From: Bacillota bacterium
GTDB lineage: Bacteria; Bacillota; Sulfobacillia; Fermentithermobacillales; Fermentithermobacillaceae
Assembly: GCA_040880305.1 (NCBI GenBank)
Contig: JBBDIP010000059.1
Span: 226-64,225, forward strand
Direction of reading: 5' to 3'
DNA: 64,000 nucleotides
The notes under the pieces are model-generated. The model searched no databases and was not told the origin of the DNA. It was given only the letters and a program-made list of their open reading frames with translations. The translations under genes and the position numbers were made by a program. Below are positions 1-9,537 of the stretch, piece by piece (within the stretch, counting starts at the first letter, position 1; each line of letters opens with the position of its first letter).

Positions 1-1221
1 TACCGCGGTGACATCGGCGTCGAACCCTTCGGCCAGGGCGCCCTTGTGCTCGAAGCCAAACATCCGCGCAGGGTTCAGTGTCAGCTTCCTGGCCAACTCA
101 GGCCAGGTCAGAGCGCCCAGCCTGATTAGGGCGGAACCTCTCTCCAACTGGACGTTCCTCGGGATGGCGCCGCCATCTGTGCTGATGGCGTCGACCACGA
201 ATTCGTCCCCGCCCTTCATCCTCGCCGCAGCCAGGATGTGCATGGACGTTGTGTCGTTCACCGGGAAGCTGACGCCGGTCCTAGTACTGGCGGTCTTCCA
301 GACCTCGTGGCCCTCTTTGCCGGTGACCAGTTCCATCTTGCCGCCGCGCAAAACCTGGATGAGCGCCCATCCTCCGAGAATGGCCTCGCCCATGCCCTTC
401 TCGTTGGGCTCGTAGCCGCCCATACGGAGGCAGTTCCTGGTGACGTGGCTGGAGGGCAGGCCGTCTACGATATTGGCGCTTGTGCCGTTGATGGTGCCGA
501 GGTAAGACTCGGAGACCAAGTTGCGGTGGGTCCGCAGAGCCTCGACGGCCTCCAGAGCCTCTGCTGCGGGGACCTTATGCAGCCCGCGGCAGTAGCTGTT
601 GACATGTGCTATGTGCAGGTGATTCTTCCCGGCCAGTTTTACCGCCTCATGGAAGCCTTCGATGTCGCTGCCGTGCTCGGTCGTTCCTACGTGGAAAGCC
701 ACGTAGCAGCCTTTCTTGTTTGCCACGTCGATGATGCGGGCGGTGGCTTCGGGGGTGGCCGGACTGTGTCCGCCCACAATCTTCAAACCGATTGCGCCGT
801 CGGACAAGGCTGCGTCGATGATGGCGCCGAGTTCCTCTTCGGACGGGTTGCCGTCTTTGGTATTGCGGCCCGGGACGACCGTGTGCAGGCCGGCGATGCT
901 CATCCCGCACCCGAATGACCCCAGACCCTTGACCGTGTGCTGGATGGGTCCGCCGAAATCCACCGCCGTCATCACGCCAACGCTGGCCATCATCGAGAAG
1001 CCGATCCACCGTTCCTCTGAGGAAACGTGGACGTGTGCGTCGATGACGCCCGGCATGACTATGTAACCCGCGGCATCGATCACTTTGTCCGCCGTCGTGG
1101 CCGGGAGATTGGCCCCGACCTGCGCGATCTTGCCCTGGTAGATGCCAACGTCGCCCTGTCCGCCGTAACCCGACAGCGGGTCAACTACGTATCCGCCCTT
1201 CACCAAGATATCGAATTTCAC
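1..1221 (-). CDS. amidohydrolase-superfamily metallohydrolase, partial (C-terminus lies beyond window start)
   Basis: Absent from the ORF track because it has no in-window stop. My translation of the minus strand from GTG at 1221 (GGGGTGA 5 nt upstream) gives an open 407-codon frame VKFDILVKGGYVVDP..AAGYIVMPGVIDAHVHV.. carrying the N-terminal DxHxH metal motif of the amidohydrolase fold. The plus-strand track ORFs here are Arg/Pro-rich antisense artefacts. Confidence 0.75.
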   Translation of the reverse strand, partial: MKFDILVKGGYVVDPLSGYGGQGDVGIYQGKIAQVGANLPATTADKVIDAAGYIVMPGVIDAHVHVSSEERWIGFSMMASVGVMTAVDFGGPIQHTVKGLGSFGCGMSIAGLHTVVPGRNTKDGNPSEEELGAIIDAALSDGAIGLKIVGGHSPATPEATARIIDVANKKGCYVAFHVGTTEHGSDIEGFHEAVKLAGKNHLHIAHVNSYCRGLHKVPAAEALEAVEALRTHRNLVSESYLGTINGTSANIVDGLPSSHVTRNCLRMGGYEPNEKGMGEAILGGWALIQVLRGGKMELVTGKEGHEVWKTASTRTGVSFPVNDTTSMHILAAARMKGGDEFVVDAISTDGGAIPRNVQLERGSALIRLGALTWPELARKLTLNPARMFGFEHKGALAEGFDADVTAV

Positions 1222-1360
1222 TGCTGTCACCCCCGTCGCTTTTGCGTAGTGTTGTCCAATTGCGAGAAACTTTGCCTTTGCGGGTAGCGTTCTATATCTT
1301 CGCGGGTGATTCCTGCCGCCGGGGGACGGGGCTGTCGCCATGGCGACTTCAAATCACTCC

Positions 1361-1389
1361 TTGAACCTTGTCTCAAGCGGTGATAGATT
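1361..1389 (+). promoter_or_regulatory. candidate sigma-70-type promoter for guaA-pur operon
   Basis: TTGAAC (1361-1366), 17-nt spacer, TAGATT (1384-1389), about 65 nt upstream of the guaA ATG. Sequence match only. Confidence 0.3.
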
Positions 1390-1452
1390 CTAAGTAGAAT
1401 TGTTGCACGCAAGTCAAATCGGCACAATTGCGTACACAAAGAGGGTGTCCAC

Positions 1453-3009
1453 ATGGCAAACCAGGTCATCGTCCTCGATTTTGGAGCGCAGTACACTCAG
1501 CTGATCGCACGTAGAGTCCGCGAAGAGAAGGTCTACTGCCAGGTCCTGTCCGGCGACGCCTCGGTGGAGGAGATCAAGAGGGCGGTCAGCCCATCCGGGA
1601 AGGATCTACCCGGAGCCATCATCCTGTCGGGCGGCCCCGACAGCGTCTACCTGCCCGGCGCCATCCTACCCGACCCGGAAGTCCTCAAACTTGATTGCCC
1701 AATCCTCGGCATTTGCTACGGGATGCAGGCTATGGCCAATATCCTGGGCGGCAAGGTGGTTCCAGGGAAGGAGGGCGGCGGAAGGGAGTTTGGACCGGCG
1801 GTCTTTGCCGTCAAGCAGCCGGAAGGTCTTCTGGACGGGCTTGGCGAGAAGATGGACGTGTGGATGAGCCACGGCGACAGCGTTGAAGCGGTCCCACCCG
1901 GCTTTGAAGTGCTGGGCTCGACCGGCAAGACGCCCGCGGCGGCGATGGGGAACAGGTCGGCTAGGCGCTACGGCGTCCAGTTTCACCCCGAAGTCAAGCA
2001 CACCCCGTTAGGGCAGGAGGTCCTCAGGAACTTCCTGTTCAAAGTAGCCGGGCTCAAGAAAGACTGGACGATGGAAGCGTTCGTCGAAAGAACGGTCAGG
2101 CATATCCGCGAGACGGTGGGCGACGGCCACGTCATCGCAGGGGTTTCAGGCGGCGTGGACTCTACGATAGCGGCGGTCCTTGTCCATCGCGCTGTGGGAG
2201 ACCATCTCCACCCGATCCTGGTCGATCACGGTCTCATGAGGCAGGGCGAGGCGAGCTACGTTGTGAAGGCGCTGGCTACGCTCGGCATCAAGGTCAACCT
2301 GGTGAACGCCCAGGATAGGTTCCTCGGCCGCCTCGCAGGTGTCCTCGACCCCGAGAAGAAGCGGAAGATCATCGGTGAGGAGTTCATCAAGGTCTTTGAG
2401 GAAGAGGCCCGCAAGGTTGGAGGAGCCGAGTGGTTCGTCCAGGGCACCATCTATCCCGACGTCATCGAGTCCGGCTCCAGACTGCGTGCCGTGATTAAGA
2501 GCCACCATAACGTCGGCGGGCTCCCCGAACGCATGGATCTCAAGTTGCTCGAACCTCTCCGCGAGCTGTTCAAGGACGAGGTCAGGCTGGTTGGGAAGGA
2601 ACTCGGGCTTCCTCACGAGTTCACCGGCAGGCACCCGTTCCCGGGGCCGGGGCTGGGAGTGAGGATCCTGGGCGGAGTCACATTCGAGAAGTGCGAGATC
2701 GTGCGCAAAGCCCAGGCCATCTTGGATGAGGAGATACGCACGGCGGGTTGGTACGACAAACTGTGGCAGTGCTTCATCGTGCTGCCCGACGTCAGGACCG
2801 TCGGCGTGCAGGGAGACGTCCGCACTTACGGGCACTTGGTCGCCATCCGCGCGGTACATTCGGAGGACGCAATGACCGCCGACTGGGCCAGGCTCCCTTA
2901 CGAAGTTCTGGAGAAGGTCTCGGCCAGGATAGTCAACGAGGTACCGGACGTTAACAGGGTCGCGCTTGACATAACGTCGAAGCCGCCGTCCACCATTGAG
3001 TGGGAATAG
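1453..3009 (+). CDS. guaA: GMP synthase (glutamine-hydrolysing)
   Basis: 518 aa, full length. N-terminal glutamine amidotransferase (ILGICYGMQ), ATP-pyrophosphatase P-loop SGGVDS, and the typical C-terminus ..KPPSTIEWE. Confidence 0.95.
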   Translation: MANQVIVLDFGAQYTQLIARRVREEKVYCQVLSGDASVEEIKRAVSPSGKDLPGAIILSGGPDSVYLPGAILPDPEVLKLDCPILGICYGMQAMANILGGKVVPGKEGGGREFGPAVFAVKQPEGLLDGLGEKMDVWMSHGDSVEAVPPGFEVLGSTGKTPAAAMGNRSARRYGVQFHPEVKHTPLGQEVLRNFLFKVAGLKKDWTMEAFVERTVRHIRETVGDGHVIAGVSGGVDSTIAAVLVHRAVGDHLHPILVDHGLMRQGEASYVVKALATLGIKVNLVNAQDRFLGRLAGVLDPEKKRKIIGEEFIKVFEEEARKVGGAEWFVQGTIYPDVIESGSRLRAVIKSHHNVGGLPERMDLKLLEPLRELFKDEVRLVGKELGLPHEFTGRHPFPGPGLGVRILGGVTFEKCEIVRKAQAILDEEIRTAGWYDKLWQCFIVLPDVRTVGVQGDVRTYGHLVAIRAVHSEDAMTADWARLPYEVLEKVSARIVNEVPDVNRVALDITSKPPSTIEWE

Positions 3010-3039
3010 CCGCCAAGCCGAAGGAAAGGTGGTACCGGG

Positions 3040-4341
3040 ATGATACCCAGATACGCCAGGCCCGCTATGAGGAAGATCTGGAGCGAGGAAAACAAGTACG
3101 GGCGCTGGCTAGAGGTTGAGGTTCTGGCCCTGGAAGCCTGGGAGCGCCTAGGCGCTGTCCCGAAAGGGATCGCCGAAGCGGTCCGCGCCAAGGCCAAGGT
3201 CGATCCCAAGCGTATCGATGAGATCGAGGCCATAGTCAGGCACGACGTCATCGCGTTCGTGAGCCAGGTAGCCGAAACCGTCGGCGACGAGGGCAAGTAC
3301 ATTCACTTCGGACTCACCTCTTACGACGTCGTGGACACCGCTCTGTCGTCCCTGGTCAGAGAGTCTCTCCTTGTCATTATGGCGGACGTCCAGGCAATGG
3401 TCGATGTGTTGGGGTCATTGGCCCTGAAGTACAAGGACACCCCCATGATCGGACGTACGCACGGCGTCCACGCCGAACCCATCACCTTCGGCCTGCTCCT
3501 GGCCCGGTGGTATCAGGAGATGAAGCGGAACCTGGAGAGAGTCCAGGTCGCCATCGCGGAAATATCGGTGGGCAAGCTTTCCGGCGCCGTCGGCAACTAC
3601 GCCCATGTTGACCCATTTGTCGAGCGTTTCGTCTGCAAGCGGCTGGACCTTACTCCCGCGCCCGTCTCCAGCCAGGTGATCCAGCGCGACCGGCACGCGG
3701 CCGTGGTCTCGACTCTCGCGGTCGTCGCGGGGACCCTGGAGAAGATTGGCACCGACTTGCGCCATCTGGCCCGCACCGAGGTGCGGGAGGTCGAGGAGCC
3801 GTTCCGGACCGGCCAGAAGGGTTCGTCGGCGATGCCCCACAAGCGCAACCCCGTCGGCCTTGAGCAGATATGCGGGATGTCCAGACTGATGCGCGGATAC
3901 GCCGTCGCCGCCCTCGAGAACAACGCACTCTGGCACGAGCGCGACATCTCCAACTCGTCGGTAGAGAGGATTATCCTCCCCGACGCAACGACTCTCCTGG
4001 ACTACGCCCTTTCCCGGATGACCGGGATTCTCAAGGACATGAGGGTGTATCCCGATCGGATGCTCGCCAACCTCAACCTCACCGGAGGGCTGGTTTTCTC
4101 CGAGGAAGTCCTGCTGGCGCTGGTGGCGTCCGGGATGAGGAGGGAAGACGCGTACGCGATCGTCCAGCGGCTGGCAATGGCCTCTTGGGAGGGCGCTCCC
4201 ACGTTTAGGGAGAGGATCGCGGCGGAACCGGCTATCGTGAATGTCTTGGGTGAAGCGAAGATCGCGGCGTGTTTCGACCTGAAGCACGCCTTGGCCAGGG
4301 TGGACGATATCTTCAGACAAGCTGACCTACTAATCTCCTGA
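3040..4341 (+). CDS. purB: adenylosuccinate lyase
   Basis: 433 aa. N-terminus MIPRYARPAMRKIW and fumarate-lyase signature GSSAMPHKRNP. Confidence 0.95.
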   Translation: MIPRYARPAMRKIWSEENKYGRWLEVEVLALEAWERLGAVPKGIAEAVRAKAKVDPKRIDEIEAIVRHDVIAFVSQVAETVGDEGKYIHFGLTSYDVVDTALSSLVRESLLVIMADVQAMVDVLGSLALKYKDTPMIGRTHGVHAEPITFGLLLARWYQEMKRNLERVQVAIAEISVGKLSGAVGNYAHVDPFVERFVCKRLDLTPAPVSSQVIQRDRHAAVVSTLAVVAGTLEKIGTDLRHLARTEVREVEEPFRTGQKGSSAMPHKRNPVGLEQICGMSRLMRGYAVAALENNALWHERDISNSSVERIILPDATTLLDYALSRMTGILKDMRVYPDRMLANLNLTGGLVFSEEVLLALVASGMRREDAYAIVQRLAMASWEGAPTFRERIAAEPAIVNVLGEAKIAACFDLKHALARVDDIFRQADLLIS

Positions 4342-4362
4342 CACCGATCGAGGAGGGACACT

Positions 4363-5094
4363 GTGAGCGACCTAGTTGCAGGCAAAGACAAGCTCTACGA
4401 AGGCAAAGCTAAGGTTGTGTACCCTGGGGATCCCGGCGAAGTCTACATGGTCTTCAAGGACAGCGCGACCGCCTTCAACGGCGAGAAGAAGGGCACCATC
4501 AAGGGGAAGGGATTCTTCAACGCCCACATCTCCACCACGCTCTTCAAGTACCTTGAGAAACAGGGCGTACCCACCCACTTCATCTCACTGGCTGACGAAG
4601 TCACCATGAAGTGCAAGCGCCTCCGGATTTTCCCCATCGAGGTCGTGGTCCGCAACATCGTGGCCGGCAGTCTCTCCAAGAGGACAGGCAAGCCCGAGGG
4701 CGTCGACCTCCCGTTCCCAATCCTGGAGCTCTACTACAAGTCCGACGAGTTGGGCGACCCCCTCCTGAACGACGACCACATCCTGGCGTTCGGCTTCGCA
4801 GCCAAGGCAGAACTGGACCACCTGCGGGACGAAGCCAAGAGGATCAACGCTATCCTTATGCCGTTCTTCCGCGAGAGGGGCCTCCTGCTGGTGGACTTCA
4901 AACTTGAGTTCGGCCGGGTGGTCAGCGCCGACGGCTCCTTGGCACAGACCGTGCTGGGAGACGAGATTTCGCCCGATACCTGCCGGTTCTGGGACGCCAC
5001 TACCAGAGAGAAGTTGGACAAAGACAGGTTCCGCAGGGATCTCGGCGGGGTGGAGGAAGCCTACGCTGAGGTGCTGCGGAGGGTTAGCCAGTAA
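4363..5094 (+). CDS. purC: SAICAR synthase
   Basis: 243 aa, GTG start. LYEGKAKVVY.. N-terminus; sits between purB and purS. Confidence 0.93.
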   Translation: MSDLVAGKDKLYEGKAKVVYPGDPGEVYMVFKDSATAFNGEKKGTIKGKGFFNAHISTTLFKYLEKQGVPTHFISLADEVTMKCKRLRIFPIEVVVRNIVAGSLSKRTGKPEGVDLPFPILELYYKSDELGDPLLNDDHILAFGFAAKAELDHLRDEAKRINAILMPFFRERGLLLVDFKLEFGRVVSADGSLAQTVLGDEISPDTCRFWDATTREKLDKDRFRRDLGGVEEAYAEVLRRVSQ

Positions 5095-5122
5095 GCACGA
5101 CTTTTCAATGGGGGTGTTGCGC

Positions 5123-5386
5123 ATGAAGTTCATGGGTACAGTCACAGTCGCTTTGAAGGAAGGCATTTTCGACCCCCAGGGCGCGGCGGTCAAGGGTTCG
5201 CTGGACGCCCTCGGCTACGCCCAGGTGCAGAGGGTCAGGATGGGGAAGGACATCGTAATCGCCCTGGAGGCGGCCTCAATTGAGGAGGCCAATTCCCTGC
5301 TGGACGAGATGGCGAGGAAGCTCCTGGCCAACCCTGTCACCGAAGTCTACCGCATAGCGGTTCAAGAGGCCGGTGAACGGCCATGA
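5123..5386 (+). CDS. purS: FGAM synthase subunit PurS
   Basis: 87 aa from ATG 5123 ([20 protein letters not shown]..). The track ORF starting at 4904 overlaps purC and is an artefactual extension. Stop overlaps the purQ start (ATGA). Confidence 0.9.
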   Translation: MKFMGTVTVALKEGIFDPQGAAVKGSLDALGYAQVQRVRMGKDIVIALEAASIEEANSLLDEMARKLLANPVTEVYRIAVQEAGERP

Positions 5387-6102
5387 AGTTCGGCGTAATC
5401 GTATTCCCCGGGTCAAACTGCGACACCGACGCCCACCATGCCATAAAGGACGTGGTTGGCGCTGACTGCGAGTTCATCTGGCACGACGGCGTCGACCTAC
5501 AAGGCTTCGACGCGGTTGTCCTGCCCGGCGGCTTCTCTTACGGCGACTACTTGCGGTCAGGCGCCCTGGCCAGGTTTTCCCGCATAATGTCGTCGCTGTA
5601 CGAGTTCATCGAGAAGGGCCGCCTGGTCATAGGCATCTGCAACGGGTTTCAGATCCTGACCGAAGCGGGCTTGCTCCCCGGACAGCTGCTTTCCAACGAC
5701 GTCCTCGAGTTCCGCTGCAAGTGGGTAAACCTTCGGGTGGAGAACGCGAAAACCCCCTTCACCTCTCTGTACAGGCCCCGCGAAGTGCTGCGGATGCCCA
5801 TAGCCCACCACGACGGCAACTACTACGCCGAGAAGGACGTCCTAGACGACCTCGAACGCTCCGGCCAGGTAGTGCTGCGGTACGTCGACGAGAGCGGCAA
5901 CCCTACCGCTGAGGCCAATCCTAATGGAGCAGCACGCAATATCGCCGGGATAGTCAACAAGAAGGGCAACGTCCTCGGGTTGATGCCGCACCCGGAGCGC
6001 TGCGTCGAGACCATCCTCGGCGGCGAGGACGGCAGGCGGATATTCCTCTCGATGGTTGACAGCCTGTCCAAGGGGACGCTGGTCGGAAAGGGGCGATCGT
6101 AG
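5383..6102 (+). CDS. purQ: FGAM synthase glutaminase subunit
   Basis: 239 aa. [14 protein letters not shown], nucleophile context GICNGFQ, and MPHPER. Confidence 0.95.
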   Translation: MKFGVIVFPGSNCDTDAHHAIKDVVGADCEFIWHDGVDLQGFDAVVLPGGFSYGDYLRSGALARFSRIMSSLYEFIEKGRLVIGICNGFQILTEAGLLPGQLLSNDVLEFRCKWVNLRVENAKTPFTSLYRPREVLRMPIAHHDGNYYAEKDVLDDLERSGQVVLRYVDESGNPTAEANPNGAARNIAGIVNKKGNVLGLMPHPERCVETILGGEDGRRIFLSMVDSLSKGTLVGKGRS

Positions 6103-8349
6103 ATGGACATCCCCGCTTGGAAGAAGATGGGGCTCAAGGATTTTGAGTACAAGGAGATCGTGAACAGGCTCGGGCGGGAACCCAACTACACCGAGACCGG
6201 CATATTCTCTGTGCTTTGGTCCGAGCACTGCGGGTACAAGCATTCCAGGTCATTGCTGCGGACTCTCCCGACCAAGGGCGAGAAAGTGCTGGTCGGTCCG
6301 GGAGAGAACGCCGGAGTGGTCGACATCGGCGACGGATTGGCCTGTGCTTTTAAGGTCGAATCCCATAACCATCCGTGCGCTGTTGAGCCTTACCAGGGCG
6401 CGGCCACCGGCATCGGCGGTATCGTCCGCGACGTCCTGGCTATGGGCGCCCGTCCGGTCATCCTACTGGACTCGCTGCGCTTCGGCCCGGTCGAGGACGC
6501 AAGGTCGCGCTTCCTCTTCGGCGGCGTGGTCTCAGGCATCGCCGGCTACGGCAACTGTCTGGGCATCCCTACGGTTGGAGGCGAGGTGTTCTTCGCCGAG
6601 CCATACAAGGGTAACCCCCTGGTTAACGTGCTGTGCGCCGGCCTCATGAAGCACGAGGATCTGCACCTGGGCAAGGCTTACGGGGTTGGGAACGTGGTGA
6701 TGATCGTCGGGCACTCCACGGGGCGGGACGGAATTCACGGCGCCACCTTCGCGTCCGACGTGCTGGGCGAGGACAATGAGGACAAGAGGCCCAACGTCCA
6801 GGTCGGCGACCCGTTCATGGAAAAGCTGCTCATCGAGGCCTGCCTCGAGATGATGCATAAGGGTGTAGTCGTGGGCATCCAGGACATGGGCGCAGCCGGG
6901 ATAACCTCCTCTTGCGCTGAAACCGCCGCTAGAGCGGGGACCGGGCTTTCAATTGAGATAGCCAAAGTCCCCATGCGCGAAGAGAACATGACCGCGTACG
7001 ACGTGATGCTTTCCGAGAGCCAGGAGCGCATGTTGCTCATCGTCAAGCCTGAAAAGGTGGACGAGGTCGCGGCAATCGGCAAGAAGTGGGGCCTCCACGT
7101 CGCCAACATCGGACGCGTCACCGACAGCGGGAGTTTGGAGGTCTACGAGTACGGCAAGCTGGCGGCGGCGATACCGGTGTCCCTCTTGGTCGAGGGTTCG
7201 CCTGTCTACTGCCCCGAATCGGCGGAGCCGGGCTACGTTTCGAATAACACGAATTGGGCAGCCGCCTCGGTGAAGGTGCCCGCCAAGAGCGAACTGGGCG
7301 GTATCCTCCTGAAGCTGTTGGCCGCTCCCAACATCGCCTCCAAAGAGACCGTGTACAGGCAGTACGACTACATGGTCAGGACAGACACGGTGGAGGGTCC
7401 GGGCAAGGGCGCCGCGGTGGTGCGGGTCAAGGGCACCAAGAGGGCGCTGGTGCTGAAGACCGACTGCAATGGCAGGCTGGCCTACCTGAACCCAAAGGCC
7501 GGGGCGGCGTGGGCGGTGGCTGAGTCGGCAAGGAACGTGGCCGCGACCGGCGCGAGACCGGTGGCGATCACCAACTGCCTGAACTTCGGCAACCCCGAGC
7601 GGCCCGAAATATATTGGCAGTTCAAAGAGGCTATCGCAGGGATGTCCGAAGCCTGTGTGGCCCTCGGCACCCCTGTCACCGGTGGCAACGTCAGCTTCTA
7701 CAACGAGACCGAAGGCGTGGCGGTCTACCCGACGCCCGTCATCGGCATGCTAGGTGTTTTGGAGGACCTTGATAAGCACGTCAGCCCCGGGTTCAAGTCG
7801 GCGGGTGACGCAATCGCCGTGCTGGGCAAGGTGTGGGGCGACGGCAGGTCACTGGCGGGATCGGAGTATCTGGCCAGCATCTGTGGCCAAGTAGCGGGCA
7901 ATCCTCGCGAGCCCGACCTCGCTTTGGAGAAGGGGCTCGTCGACGTGCTGGTCGAAGGAGCGTCACTTGGGCTCCTCCGGTCCGCGCAGGACCTATCCGA
8001 AGGCGGTCTGGCGGTGGCGTTGGCCGAGTCCTGTATCCATGGTGAGGATGGAGCCTGCGGTGCGACGATCTCAATTGGCGCCATAGGCTGCGGCGGAAAC
8101 CCGGACCACCGTCCCGATTCCGTCATGTTTGGCGAGTGCAACTCGGCGGTCGTGGTGAGTCTCGCTCCAGATAAGGAGCAGGCACTCAAGGACCTGTGCG
8201 CCAGACATTCGGTTCCCCTTGCTGTCCTCGGCCAAGTGGGCAGCGACAAACTAGTGGTGAAGGACTGCCTGGGCGGAGAGATCATCAGCCTCGCCACCGC
8301 TGAGATGGCTGACGCGTGGCGAAATGGGATCCCCAGGGCGGCGAAGTAG
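6103..8349 (+). CDS. purL: FGAM synthase subunit II
   Basis: 748 aa. SEHCGYKHS and ESHNHP motifs; starts directly after the purQ stop. Confidence 0.95.
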   Translation: MDIPAWKKMGLKDFEYKEIVNRLGREPNYTETGIFSVLWSEHCGYKHSRSLLRTLPTKGEKVLVGPGENAGVVDIGDGLACAFKVESHNHPCAVEPYQGAATGIGGIVRDVLAMGARPVILLDSLRFGPVEDARSRFLFGGVVSGIAGYGNCLGIPTVGGEVFFAEPYKGNPLVNVLCAGLMKHEDLHLGKAYGVGNVVMIVGHSTGRDGIHGATFASDVLGEDNEDKRPNVQVGDPFMEKLLIEACLEMMHKGVVVGIQDMGAAGITSSCAETAARAGTGLSIEIAKVPMREENMTAYDVMLSESQERMLLIVKPEKVDEVAAIGKKWGLHVANIGRVTDSGSLEVYEYGKLAAAIPVSLLVEGSPVYCPESAEPGYVSNNTNWAAASVKVPAKSELGGILLKLLAAPNIASKETVYRQYDYMVRTDTVEGPGKGAAVVRVKGTKRALVLKTDCNGRLAYLNPKAGAAWAVAESARNVAATGARPVAITNCLNFGNPERPEIYWQFKEAIAGMSEACVALGTPVTGGNVSFYNETEGVAVYPTPVIGMLGVLEDLDKHVSPGFKSAGDAIAVLGKVWGDGRSLAGSEYLASICGQVAGNPREPDLALEKGLVDVLVEGASLGLLRSAQDLSEGGLAVALAESCIHGEDGACGATISIGAIGCGGNPDHRPDSVMFGECNSAVVVSLAPDKEQALKDLCARHSVPLAVLGQVGSDKLVVKDCLGGEIISLATAEMADAWRNGIPRAAK

Positions 8350-8700
8350 TCAGAAGGAATTGGTGGGGGCCGAAAGGCCCCCTTCGTTTTGAGCAACTTC
8401 ATGCGTATCGGGGATGTACCTAAGGAGCAGGTATCCGGTGGCAAACCTTCCCACGGCGCTGATTAGCATTATTGGGCGAAGGCTCTGCCCAAGGATGCCG
8501 GTCAGTCCGCCCGCAAAGGACATGTAGGCAAGGTGGACCGGCGTCCCATGCAGGTCTTGTATTAAGTAGGCGCCCTCAGCGCGAACGGAGTGAGGAACGG
8601 GTTGACGAATGTCGCCGCGACGTTGCCCACCAGGCCGTCGGCCATGAGGTTCCTTTGGTCGCCGTCCCAGTTCCCTTTTGCGTCGTAAACTATGGTGGGT
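8350..8700 (-). pseudogene. frameshifted remnant of a membrane-protein gene
   Basis: One minus-strand frame reads ..GNWDGDQRNLMADGLVGNVAATFVNPFLTPFALRAPT*. An adjacent frame continues ..AYLIQDLHGTPVHLAYMSFAGGLTGILGQSLRPIMLISAVGRFATGYLLLRYI... The segments are hydrophobic and TM-like, neither piece has a credible start or RBS, and the tail runs through the purL terminator. Confidence 0.4.
8365..8390 (+). terminator. rho-independent terminator after purL
   Basis: GGGGGCC-gaaa-GGCCCCC hairpin followed by TTCGTTTT. Confidence 0.7.
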
Positions 8701-8735
8701 CCCCGCAAAAAAGGGGGCTCTTGGAGGACGATTAG

Positions 8736-9500
8736 ATGCTAAAAGTGACACAGGCGTCCAAGAGCTACGGATCGGATGCAAAGGCGGTTGACGGCCTCAA
8801 CCTCGAGGTCAAACCTGGCGAGATATTCGGGTTCCTGGGACCCAACGGGGCGGGCAAGACCACGACCATAAAGATGGTGGTCGGGGTACTGAAACCGGAC
8901 GAAGGCACTATCCTGATCAACGGCCGCGACATCGCAAAGGACCACATCGAGGCCAAGAAGCAGATAGGCTTCGTGCCGGATGAGGCGCAGATCTGGGAGA
9001 AGCTCTCGGGAGTCGAGTACCTGAACTTCATGGGTGACGTCTATCGAGTCCCTGGCGAGGAGCGGGAGCGCCGGATTCTTCCGCTGCTCGAGACGTTTGA
9101 GATGACGGGGGCGGTGAGGGACCCGATCGGCAGCTACTCGCGCGGCATGCGTCAGAAGATCTGCCTAATCGGCTCACTGATCCACCGGCCCCCGCTATGG
9201 ATCCTGGACGAACCCATGATGGGGCTCGATCCCCGGTCGTCTTTCCTGCTCAAGGAGATCATGAGGTCCCACGCCGACCAAGGCGGCGCGGTCTTTTTCT
9301 CGACCCACGTCATGGAGATAGCCGAGAGGCTATGCGATCGCGTCGGCATCATCCACAAGGGCAAGCTCATCGCCGTCGGCACCGTCGACGAGATCAGGAA
9401 GCTCTTCGCCCAGGAAGGCAACAAGTCGCTTGAGGAGATATTCCTCAAGGTGACTGAAGCCAAGCTGTCGGAAGAGCAGGTCGCATCGCTGGCTAGGTAG
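8736..9500 (+). CDS. ABC transporter ATP-binding protein
   Basis: 254 aa. Walker A GPNGAGKTT, signature-like YSRGMRQK, Walker B LWILDEP, H-loop STHVM. RBS GGAGG upstream. Confidence 0.9.
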   Translation: MLKVTQASKSYGSDAKAVDGLNLEVKPGEIFGFLGPNGAGKTTTIKMVVGVLKPDEGTILINGRDIAKDHIEAKKQIGFVPDEAQIWEKLSGVEYLNFMGDVYRVPGEERERRILPLLETFEMTGAVRDPIGSYSRGMRQKICLIGSLIHRPPLWILDEPMMGLDPRSSFLLKEIMRSHADQGGAVFFSTHVMEIAERLCDRVGIIHKGKLIAVGTVDEIRKLFAQEGNKSLEEIFLKVTEAKLSEEQVASLAR

Positions 9501-9537
9501 CTTTTATGCGCAGCTTGCCTGAAATGAGGTCAATCAT

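Noticed and set aside
1287-1452. Purine/guanine riboswitch or PurR box upstream of guaA
   Set aside because: I could not find the conserved purine-aptamer junction sequences. Only an imperfect inverted repeat (TGCACGCAA..TTGCGTACA) is present, which is too weak to call.
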